NCBI RefSeq assembly: GCF_006345805.1
Contig: NC_043011.1
Coordinates: 1,240,001 to 1,304,000 of the forward strand
DNA: 64,000 bases
Direction: 5' to 3'
From: Octopus sinensis
Taxonomy: Eukaryota
The notes beneath the pieces were generated by a model that did not search any database, was not told the origin of the DNA, and saw nothing but the letters and a program-made list of their open reading frames with translations. This document shows, in pieces, positions 52,560 to 64,000 of this stretch. Position 1 is the stretch's first letter. Every line of letters starts with the position of its first letter. A program made the position numbers and the translations under genes.

Positions 52560-52659
52560 TTTAAAATAAAACATCTATTTACATATATTTGATAACAGGA
52601 ACATGCAAATGTACTTCGTGAGGACACAACTTGGGTTATAATCCCTTCTATACACTATA

Positions 52660-54801
52660 CAGGGTGCGATGGGTAAATTGGTGCCATTTTATATTTTTTA
52701 TTTCGCACATGCACATTGTTTGCTTTTGATTTTGTTGACTACACAGTATAGTAGGGTCAGTTGGGCACTGTCTGTGAGAAAATCAGCACCATGATGCAAT
52801 TCACTCTGCCAGATGTTTGGAAACGACATGCTGTACTGCTTGGCATTTGTGCTGGAAGCTCCATCATGAACATTTCAGAGTGTTTGGGTGTCAATCTGAG
52901 GACGTCTGCTGAGATTGAAAACAATCAAACATCCAGTCAACATCATGGTGTTTGGAGTGATCACTAGTGATGGTAATGTTATGCCTTCATTCATTTTCCC
53001 ACATAGCCTCAGACTCCACATGAAGGCCTACATCAAGTGCCTGGAGGAGGAAGTGCTGCCCTGGGTCAAGAGGGAGGCTGCTGGAAGACCCTATGTCTGG
53101 CAATAGGACTCTGCACCATGTCACACAAGCAGGAGAACCCAGTCATGGCTATCAGACAATTTCTGCGACCACATCACCTCTGAAATCTGGCCACCTAACT
53201 CCCCAGACTGCAACCTCCTTGATTATTATGCGTTGCAGTTGAGCCAGAGACCAACAAAACTCCCTGTAACACCAAAGATGAACTGAAGGCAAGGATTATG
53301 GCAACATTCACCAACTTAAAGAAGGAGACTGCCCAGAAAAGTTGCAGGAGATTCCGAAGACATTTGGAGGCCATAGTTGAATAAATTTACTCGTTAGTAT
53401 TTGAAGATATTTTTATGTAATTTTAGTAAATACGAGGGACGTTCAATAAGTAATGCCTCTGACCCACTTGCAATTGTTTGATCTAGCTGAAATTTTGCAT
53501 GTGCAATTATTTATATCTCTATAGAGTAAGTGGCAAATTACAGCTCTGAATTAATTGTGGTTTCTGATTTACAGGTGTTTGAACCGAGTCAAGTGTGAAA
53601 TGGAGCCTGTTGAGTGTTGAGCAGTGATCCGGTTTTTGTATTTGAAAGGACGCACACCACGGGAGACTTTTGATGAAATGAAAGTAACTTATGGTAATGA
53701 TGCCCCATCATATGACCTTGTAAAACGCTGGCATCGTGAATTCAAACATGGTCGGAACTCTGTGGAAACAGCTCCCAGATCTGGTCGCCCTCCTTCTGCC
53801 ATTGATGAGGCATCTGTCCGTCAAGTTGAGGCTGCCATTTTGGAAGATCGACGCATAATTATTCGCCAAATAGCCCATGAGGTCAAGATTAGTACCGGGT
53901 CTGTGGAAACTATCATTCATGACCATTTGCATATTCAAAAGGTGTCTGACAGATGGATTCCCAGGTTGCTCACGCCTTTCCAGAAGCAAGAACGCGTCGA
54001 GTGCTCAAGGGTGAATTTGGAGATGTGCCAAGAAGATGAGTCAAAATTTTTCAAAAGACTGATTACACAGGATGAAACCTGGGTTAATCACGATGATCCA
54101 GAGACCAAATCCCAGTCAATGCAGTGGAAGCACCATGACTCATCCCCTCCAAAAAAGGCAAGGGTGCAGCCCTCCACTGGCAAGGTCATGCTCACAGTCT
54201 TCTGGGACCAGGACGGAGTAGTGATGACAGATTTCCTGGCAAAGGGTACCACAATTGCAGGAGCCTATTATGCTTCACTTTTGAGGAAATTAAGAGAAGC
54301 TATCAAAATCAAGAGGTGGGGCAAGATCAGCAAAGGCATCCTCCTCCTGCAGGACAACGCTCCGGTCCACAACTCGCTTGTCGCCAGATCAGAAGCACAG
54401 GTGTATGGCTATGAACTCCTCCCCATCCCCCCTACTTTCCTGACCTTGCACCCTCTGATTTTCACCTCTTCCCAATCATGAAGTTGTTTTTGAAAGGGAA
54501 GCGTTTCCCAGATGATGCAGCCTTGATTTCTGAAGTCATGTTGAGGTTGGAGGACCAAGCTGTGTTCTTCTACAAAAACGGTCTCCAGAGCCACATCAAA
54601 CGATGGGAGAAATGCGTAACTCTGGGTGGTTCCTATGTAGAAAAAGACTAATAACTGTGCCAAGTTTCGTTGCTCTACTGCTATGGGAAGTGGGTCAGGG
54701 GCATTACTTATTGAACGCCCCTCGTATATCTGTTAAAATGAGATGTCAGTGTTATTTTCATTTTCAAGCAATTTAGATGGCAGTTTATTCATGGGACTCC
54801 G
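52660..54801 (+). mobile_element. Internally deleted maT-type (D,D37D) Tc1/mariner element, interrupted by the mariner at 53433
   Basis: IMVFGVITSDG; QDSAPCH...WPPNSPDCNLLD with 37 spacing; left TIR at 52660 and degenerate right TIR at about 54776-54801. Confidence 0.7.
53433..54724 (+). mobile_element. Full-length mariner transposon (D,D34D), inactivated
   Basis: About 37-bp TIRs with TA TSDs (53431-53432, 54725-54726). ATG 53600; premature TGA 53618; WIPRLL, ITQDETW, LQDNAP...YFPDLAPSD (34 spacing); 1-nt frameshift near 54425; stop at about 54651. Confidence 0.95.
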
Positions 54802-57800
54802 TATATGTTTGAAGCTCTGATGAAGCTATAAGGTGTTACTCAGACACTCAACAATGAGTCAACTGCATCTTATGGCAGAAACAGCTATAAGTTAAGGAAG
54901 TTCATAAAATAACTGTTTCTTCCTGTCATCTCATTTTTTTTTATTATTGCTCTGTACTCGACTAATGCTTAAGTATATTGAGTTGTACATCAGGTTATTT
55001 AGTCTTCCAATGCCTGAGTGAATTATTAAAAGACTACATATGTATGTGTGTGTATGTGTGTGTGTGTGTGTGTGAGTGTGTGTGTGTGAGTGTGTGTGTA
55101 TGTGTGTGTGTGTGTGTGTGTGTGAGTGTGTGTGTGTGTGTGTGTGAGTGTGTGTGTGTGTGTGTGTGTGAGTGTGTGTGTGTGTGAGTGTGTGTGTGAG
55201 TGTGTGTGAGTGTGTGTGTGTGAGTGTGTGTTTGTGTCTACCCTTGTCTTCACCTCATGCATTGGTCGTAGATGTGTATCACCATCATGAAAATGATGAT
55301 GTTCATTTCCTGTTTACTGTGGGAAATGTTAGCTTGCTAGGAAACAAGTGAGGGTTGGCAACAGGAAAAGCATCCAGCTGTAGAATATCTGCCTCAAGAA
55401 ATTCCATCTGAACCATGCAAGCATGGAAAAATGGACTTTAAATGATGATGATGATGATTATGATGATGATGATGATGATAGTGTATGGTTATATAATCAA
55501 CTGTTTCTTTACTCCACTCTACCAATTACTTATGAAGTTCATCCTGTAGTTATGTCTTTGTATGTGTGTTTGTGTGTGTGTGTATGTATGTGTGTGTGTA
55601 TCACACAGAAGATCGTACCTGTGTGTGCATGTAAATGTGTGTGCATATGTAAGTGAGTGTGTATGTGTGTACATGTAAGCATGTGTTTGCATCCATGAGC
55701 TGTGTTATTTTCAGAGTCTTTATTCTCCTTTTACCACTGTTTGTCAGTTCCAGTTTTTCTCTATCTTTCTTTATCTCACCCCACTCAGCTGTATCCAACT
55801 CACACCCAGGCTCACGTTGTTCCTCCTACCTTTGAAATATAACCCACTGTACTATTATCATTTTATAAGTTATAGGATAAAAAAAAATCTCTCAGCTTAC
55901 TCGAACTGAAATTTACAGTCTAATATTAAAGAGTGGAAGAAAATATTTAAAAGCAAACTGCAAAAGTACACAAAAATATCCTAAAGGAATATATGAATAG
56001 AAAATTTCAATAAAGATCTTTGGAAAACTAGGTATGTAGTTACTAATTTACTAGCCTTTGTGATCTTTCCATATTGCATATGTTGTGAAGTAGGTGGAAC
56101 AAGCAGTTAGCTCATTAAAACAAAATTTTTCGGTATGAAAGCATTTTTACAGATTTTTAAATAGATATACTTTTTCTTCAATGTGTTAGTAAAAGTGAGA
56201 TGTGTGTGTGTGTAAGTGTGTGTGTGTGTGCATGAATGTGTGTGCATGTGTGTGCATGCATGTGTGTGAGTGTTTATAGAACTCAAAGTGGTCACTAACA
56301 AAGTGGCAAGACTCTTTTGGTTAAGCAAAGACAGTTCTTGGGGTTTGTGGTTATCTGAATTGGTTGATGTATGCATACTCTCTTTTACATGTTTCAGTCA
56401 TTTGACTGTGGCCATGCTGGAGCACCGCCTTTAGTCGAGCAAATCGACCCCGGGACTTATTCTTTGTAAGCCTAGTACTTATTCTATCGGTCTCTTTTGC
56501 CGAACCGCTAAGTGACAGAGATGTAAACACACCAGCATCGGTTGTCAAGCAATCCTAGGGGGACAAACACAAACACACACACACATATATATATACATAT
56601 ATACGACAAGCTTCTTTCAGTTTCCGTCTACCAAATCCACTCACAAGGCATTGGTCGGCCCGGGGCTATAGCAGAAGACACTTGCCCAAGATGCCACGCA
56701 GTGGTCCTGAACCCGGAACCATGTGGTTGGTAAGCAAGCTACTTACCACACAGCCACTCCTGCGCATATATGTATGTTTTGTGCATGTGTGTGCATGTGA
56801 ACAAACTTGTACTTGAGGGTGTGTATGTTACAGTAGAATTCAAATGTGTTCTGTTGTGACATAATTGTGTATGTTTCATTACATTTTATGCATGTACATC
56901 ATCATCATCATTTAACATCCGCTTTCCATGCTAGCATGGGTTGGATGATTTGACTGAGGTCTGGTGAACCAGACTCCAATCTGGTCTGGCAGATTCTACA
57001 GCTGGATGCCCTTCCTAATGCCAACCACTCTGAGAGTGTAGTGGGTGCTTTTACGACCCACCGGCACAAGGGCCAGTTTGGTGGTACTGGCAACGGCCAC
57101 GTCCAAATGGTGCTTTTTACGTGCCACCTGCACAGGAGCCAGTCCAGCAGCACTGGCGACATCCTCGCTCGAATGTTTCACGTGTCACCAGCACAAGTGC
57201 TAGTAAGGCGATGCGGTAATGATCACGTACAAATGGTGTGCTTAACGTGCCATCAGCACGGAGGCCAGCTTGTTGCTCTGGCAACAATCTCACTCGTATG
57301 GTACTCTTAGCGCTCCACTAGCAATGGATACCAGTCACCGAGTTTGATTTCAACTTCGATTTCACTTGCCTCAACTGGTCTTCACAAGCAGAGTTTAGTC
57401 TCCAATGAAGAAAAAGCACGCATAAGTGGACTGGTTACCCCCTAGCGTACACCACAAGGTTATGGTGACACTTGCGCTTGCCGAGTCTTCTGCAGCACAG
57501 CATATTTCCAGAGGTCCCGGTCAGTAGTCATTACCATCCTACATAAGAAATTGTTTGCATATGTTCATCCAGGAACCTCAAAACGAGAAACCCTGAAAGG
57601 TTTTATGAATTTCCATGATCCCTCTGATCAAACATAGCTGCAGAATGCATGTCATTCTACCCTTTTCTTTTGCAGGGAACCCAAGCATTTCTAAGCTTCT
57701 CCTCAGATCTGCTGTTATTTAGCCCAGAGTACATATGGTAACAGAAACATATGAAAATCTATAGTGTGAATATCAGAGCTGTATGTTCACCAGTTCTCCA

Positions 57801-60800
57801 TAATATCTAATGGGCAGCTGATCTCTACAGTGGTGCACAACTTTTGTCCCATGCAAGTATGCATGCATGTGTGTGTATGTGTGTGTGTGTGTATCCTTGT
57901 CTTCTGTGTCTTGCAATATTTTAGAATGTGCTTTAGAATGTGTGTGTGTGCATGGGATTTTGTACATAATTATGAGTGTTTGTTGCAATCTTCCATAAAA
58001 ACATTTCTAGACTAAAAGAAAATATTTACTTGCTTGGAAAAAGGTGAGGCTTGGCAACAGGATCAGCATCCAGCCATTGAAAATCTACCTCAAAAACTTT
58101 TGTGTGACCCAAGCAAGCATGGTAAAGTAGACATAAAAACAATATTGATGATGATGAAATGTGTATGTATGTGTGTGTGAGTGTATGTATGTATGTGTGT
58201 GTGTGTGCGTGCACGCTGCTGGACATACACACACACATGTGCATGCAGTAGCAACAAAATATAGAGTTATATGTTGAGAATAAATAATAAAGAAAAATGG
58301 TTTTATTAATCCATTAAGTTGCAGCTGCTTCCCCTGAGACAGTGAAGCATTACTATGCAGTCAGTTATTTACTTCACTCTTTTTAGTTTCCTCGGAGCTT
58401 TTGAATCCTTTGTTTAGGAAATATCTTGTTTATACACATCTTCTCCACTGTGTGACCTGATTTTGTATAGATTTATTACAAGAGAAAATACTGTAACAGA
58501 TAAACATGAACTATAAAGCAATAAGTATACCCTGAATTCAAAGAACTGATGGAATTTATTTTATGGTTAGAAGCAGATAAGAGACTAATCAGCTGTGTCT
58601 AGTTGATCACACCACCCTTAACTATTAAAAGTGTTTTGCTGTTCCATAGACAAGTTTGTCTTTAACTACACACACGTGGATATATATATATATATATATG
58701 CAAACACTCAAGCATACATCTACACACACACACACACACTAAATGTCTACTTTGTGTGTGTGTTTGTGTATGTATGAAAGTGAGGTTGATCTGTTTCTGT
58801 CTCTGTATCTCAACACCACAAAGCAGTCGTGAGTGTCACCATCATTCACACAGTATCTTTCATTTCTATGTAAACATATCTGGCCAAGGCAAAATATTAC
58901 TTTGCTTGGAAACGTGATGGTGGTTGGTAACAGGAAAGGTATCTGCCCATGGGAAATTTACCTCAACAAATTTTGTCACACTTATGCAAGCATGGAAAAT
59001 GGGTGTAAAAATAATGTTTATGATTACAATAAAGGATTCAAAGTTCTGAGAAATCTAAAAGAGTATAATATGCTCATTATGTAGTTATGTTTCACTTCGT
59101 TAATGGAAACTGTTGTGAACTTATGAATCAATTCCTCATTTCCCCCTGAATATAACATATAACGGTATATGCTGTTTCTGTTGATATACAATTAGGAAGA
59201 AATGCTGTCTCTCTGTGGATATTTATGGAGATATGTAAATATAAATATATTGAACTGTAATCAGGCTGTATGTCCTGCTTTGGCAAAATATAATTGTAAT
59301 GTGCATCCTTACAGATGGAGCTCTACTAACATGCATTACAAAAGAGAGGCATGGGAACTTCAGGGAAAAAAGAAAACAAACAAACTCACTCTCTAGAAAG
59401 AAAATATACCTTGGGACTTATGCTACAATGAACAAATGCCTTTAAAAAAGTAGATGAAATGGTATGCCTGTCGTTCTGGCTGGAGAAATAGCCGGATAGA
59501 GGAAAACTCAAATATCAGTAATAAATTCTTTGTGTCTACAATGAATGTGAACATGTTGCATACCCACTACATGAATATTTCAAAAATAAGCTACTTCAGA
59601 AGGTCAAAAATATAAAATTTAATAAGAGTAGGAGCACATTCTGAACTGTACATGAAAGCATCTGACATTAAGTACTCAAAGTGATGGACTTACATTTTTG
59701 GGACCTTGATGCTTGGAATTTTATTGGATCTCTTCACATCCAGCGCTGATAGGGCAACATCCAGCAAGGTATAAAAAGCCTTCCTATCTATGCAAGGACT
59801 TTGAAAATGAAGGCATGCAGCAATCTGCTTCCTATCAGCCACAGGCTCTGAATAACCAATGTTATCTTGTTCAATGTGTTTGTTGTATGACAGATCACAA
59901 AAAAATTTAAAAGTAAAATTTAGCCAGTACATTTAAAATTAAAATTTAAATTATTACACTAAACTATTTTCATGTAAAAGTCATTGGCATGAATTTTATT
60001 ATATATTTTATTATATTTAAAGGCGGTGAGCTAGCAGAATCGATAGCACGCCGGGCGAAATGCGTAGCCGTATTTTGTCTGCTGTTACGTTCTGAGTTCA
60101 AATTCCGCTGAGGTCGACTTTGCCTTTCATCCTTTCGGGGTCGATAAATTAAGTACCAGTTACGCACTGGGGTCGATGTAATCGACTTAATCCGTTTGTC
60201 TGTCCTTGTTTGTCCCCTCTGTATTTAGCCCCTTATGGGTAGTAAAGAAATATATATATTTTATTATATACTGTGTTGTTTTCGAGTTTGATGAGAATTT
60301 GGGGTTTTTTATAGACATGTTCATTGCATGAAAAACAGACGAAATAAAATACAGCAGAGACCAGAGTTAATATAATTTTTCATTTTAAATATTTGTGGAA
60401 ATACATACCACATGAATCACAATGCAAAATTTTGTTATATGAGAGGTATTTTTGCAACATAATTTTCTGGAGACAACATGGAAACAGAATACATTCTAAA
60501 GAGACTGGAAATTATTCTTTATAAAGAATTACTTTTACTTCTTTCCCTCTCCACCACTTACTTGTTTTCTTACTACTTCCTTCTCTAAATATTTATAAAT
60601 TACCTTGCCATATGTTTGACTTTGGACATTTGGTCTCTGTAACAGAATGCAATGAAATGTTCCCCTGCTGATTCATTGCAGTTAGGCATCCAAATATTCT
60701 TGGAATATCTAATGCCAGGGTTCCAAATATCTGCGCTAGTGAAATGGATGAATGGATGCAGGAATGTAATATTTATACTCTGTGAATAAAACTGAAACAC

Positions 60801-62258
60801 GAGTTGAATACTTTCATTCGGGTCTCCAAGTTAAGACTCAGGTTAAAATCTATGAAACAGAAGTGTTGCATGATGAATTAAAAACATTAAAAGAGATGTA
60901 CTTGAAGAATTCCTGCCATACTAATTGAGTTCCAAGTAATGGTTTATGAAAGCTGTGTTTTGCAAGTTGCTTAAATCAAAAATTAAACAGAATATTTCAG
61001 TACTTGTTTCATTTCTTACCTAAAATTTTTTTGTAGGCCACAAAACCTCATGCTTGCAGTTTAATTGAAGACAATTAGTATTCATTTGAAATGCTGTTAG
61101 ACTTTGTAGGTCATTGTCATAAAAAAAATCTATAGTACTCACTGAAATATTGGTTTCAAATTTTGCTACAAGGCCAGCAATTTTAGGGGAGAGATGTTGA
61201 TTACATTGACCCCAGTGTTCAGCTGGTACTCATTTTATCAACCTCGAAAGGATGAAAAGCAAAGCTGACCTTGGCGGAATTTAAACTCAGAGAGTAAAGA
61301 TGGACAAAATGCTCACTGTAGTATTAGCATTTTATGTCATTTACTAGTTTAAAGTCGAAGTCCATTAATTAGGGTTGCTCTGTAGCTCATTTTAAATGGC
61401 AACTGAGAAAATATATTTATCATATATCTCCAGAATGCCTTAACCATATTAAAATTTTTTTATATTTGATGCTACATTTGATGTCATGAGTAGGCACATT
61501 GTCAAGTTTTTGGTGCTAAGGAGTGAGCCACAAATCTTTGTGGGATGACATTCTAATTTTAAGGCATAGTTTCAGATAAGAATGTTATCATAATTTCTTT
61601 TAAAGAAATTCATTGGGATAACATCAAAATTATATGATAATATAGTTTAATTACTAATATTTGACAGATCTTATAAGTAGGAAGAAGAGGTAAAAATGAA
61701 AGAAATGTTTTGAATTTAAAACAGAAAAAATATTTTAATTTGAATTTTGTACAATAAATTTTTAGCACAAATAACATAAACTAAAATTGTTATAAAGAAA
61801 AATAAAGAATTACGATTTATTATTCGTTTTAAAAAATAGTCATAAGGAAAGCGAAAGATTATTCAGTGCATTTTCTGATAGAGTTGATCTCGGCTATCTA
61901 ACAATTATGTAAAACGTGAAGAATTCTTACCTCTTGCCTAAAGTCAAACTCCTGGGAGGAACAGCTTCTGAAATAAAACAATTTAATATCAAACTGAATA
62001 ATGATTCATGCTTTGAGTAGGGCAAAATATACGTATGCATGTTTGTAAGCATTTATGTATGTATATATTTGTGTGCATGTGCACGTGTGTGTGTGTGTGT
62101 GTGTGAGTGTATGCATGTGTGTGTGAGTGTGTGTGTGTGAGTGTGTGTGTGTGCTTAACATCAGTAGAAAAAAGACAAATAAAAACATCCAAAAACCAAA
62201 ACCTAAATACTGGTAATATATAAACTACTACTACTGCAGTTTCTGCTGCTACAGATAA

Positions 62259-62272
62259 TAATAATAATAATG

Positions 62273-62305
<33 letters not shown>

Positions 62306-62375
62306 GCAAGCACTGCTCTTTCATTCAATAATAATAATAATAATAATAATAATAGCAAGCACTGCTCTTTCATTC

Positions 62376-62418
<43 letters not shown>

Positions 62419-62439
62419 GCAAGCACTGCTCTTTCATTC

Positions 62440-62491
<52 letters not shown>

Positions 62492-62512
62492 GCAAGCACT
62501 GCTCTTTCATTC

Positions 62513-62563
<51 letters not shown>
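62259..62563 (+). repeat. (AAT)n tract punctuated by four identical 22-bp units AGCAAGCACTGCTCTTTCATTC
   Basis: Units at 62305, 62354, 62418 and 62491. Confidence 0.95.
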
Positions 62564-62567
<4 letters not shown>

Positions 62568-63592
62568 GCCCTGATGCAGTACCAAGCAGTGGCTCTCATG
62601 GCTTTTGATCTTAACTGATTGGAAGTGTTATCATGTACATTGTTTTGTCTCGGTATAAAAGGATGGGCTACATCAAATATACTGCTCAATACCACAGATT
62701 TGCTTGTCAGTTGTTTGACCTTAACCAGTTGACCATGTCCCTTAGTGGCTGACGATATGGGCATCTCTGATCACGAGCAGAAGTAGTGGGGGAGCATGAA
62801 AGCCATGTGTTGAGAGAGAATGTTTGGGGTTTGTATAATTCACCTCTGGAAACATGAATGTTTCGTTCAACATCCTTAAACAACCCTTATTCAGGGACCT
62901 TTTGGACGGGATGGGTTACTCAACCAGAAGAAAATTCTAACTGGGCCCCACCTGCAAGGTCATGCGCTGTTTATTTTGATATGAGATCACCAATTTGCGC
63001 ACATATGTTTGTGATACATGTGCCTGGTGTACCCTTATCAGACGGGTAGTAATGATGGGTATACTGGGCTTCGTATATTTTACCCTAGTGTCACTTTGAT
63101 GGCATGAACTGCTCTCTCACACAATAATAATAATAATAGGGCTACAGCAAATATTCTTCTCAATATCATATATTTGCTTGTCATTTACTTGAGCTTCAAC
63201 AGTTGAACATGTCCCTTAGTGGCTGACAATGTGTGCATTTCTGATCATGAGCAGGAGTAGTTGGTGGGCATCATAGCCAAGTGTTAAGTGGAATTCTTTG
63301 GGTTTTGAATAATCCATCTCTGGAAACATGGGCATTTTGTTCATCATCTTTAAACCTTATTCAGGGATCTTTTGAGCAGGATCGGTTACTCAATCTGAAA
63401 AAAATTCTAACTAGGTCCCACCTGCAAGGTCCTATGCTGTTTATCTTGATATAGATCACCATGTTACACACATGGTTGTGATGCATGTTCCTGGTGTACC
63501 CTTATCAGACAGGTAATCAGTGTGGATATATCGGGCTTCATATATTTGTAGCCCAGTGTCACTTTGATGGCAAGTATTGCTCTCTTAACCAG
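62564..63592 (+). mobile_element. Two adjacent copies of an unclassified non-coding element ending in (AAT)n (62564-63122 and 63138-63592)
   Basis: Copies align over about 450 bp; first flanked by (AAT)n on both sides. Confidence 0.7.
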
Positions 63593-63699
63593 TGATGATG
63601 ATGGTGGTGGTGGTGGTGTTGGTGTTGGTGGTGGTGATGATGATATTTTCTAAGCTGAAAAGAAAGCCTGAAAAATCTTATAAACAAATGGCAATATTG

Positions 63700-64000
63700 A
63701 CCGCTCCATGGTCAATATCCCAAATGAACAAGGGAAGCAGACAGATAAAGAAAGAATACATTAGTGCTTGCTCAGTTCAGGTCTAAAGACAGAAACTGAG
63801 GGTTTTATAAGGGCAACCCAGGATCAATCTCTCCTCGCAACAAGCTACCAAGCAAATATTCTTCACAATGGTACTGACCCACACTGTAGAACTGAAACTA
63901 TTGACCACATTGTGGCTGGCTGCTTTAAACTTGCAAGAACCAAGTCCAAAACCAGATATGACCGAATAGAGCAGTATCAGCATTCGAATGGCTGTTATCA
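63700..64000 (+). mobile_element. Decayed R4/Dong-like fragment running off the window
   Basis: From 63780: GLKTETEGFIRATQDQSL...HCRTETIDHIVAGC, homologous to the 4021-5365 element. Confidence 0.75.

Noticed and set aside
7600-62780. Other CTGANGA hits (for example 7608, 18346, 38081-38090, 54817, 57700, 62750)
   Set aside because: No compatible stems or GAAA-stem III-NUH; several lie within RT YADD codons or transposase remnants. The scan was by eye and may have missed cases.

Overview
AT-rich, microsatellite-dense eukaryotic DNA. The repeat landscape (tRNA-headed SINE families, RTE LINEs with (GAT)n tails, R4/Dong-like LINEs in (AAT)n, mariner/maT transposons) suggests a coleoid cephalopod such as octopus; this is inference. 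No intact host CDS can be assembled. Scattered splice-signal-bounded pieces suggest the window is mostly intronic or partly pseudogenic. Nearly all listed ORFs are TE fragments or microsatellite read-throughs. The standout signal is a set of ORF-less fold-back elements embedded in (TA)n tracts: 5977-6851, 19285-19484 and 41770-42128, plus an imperfect fourth at 42151-42401. They share one architecture: (TA)n, inverted arm, 0-7 nt loop, arm, 70-110 nt unique tail, (TA)n. In the three perfect palindromes each arm encodes a type I hammerhead ribozyme pointing away from the centre, so any transcript makes the antisense arm first. This resembles Penelope-like pLTR remnants or retrozymes. A tRNA-headed SINE with a decayed hammerhead, a candidate recursive splice site with a poison exon, a PHD finger inside an RTE reverse transcriptase and several nested or templated insertions are also present. 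All structures were read by eye, not computed.
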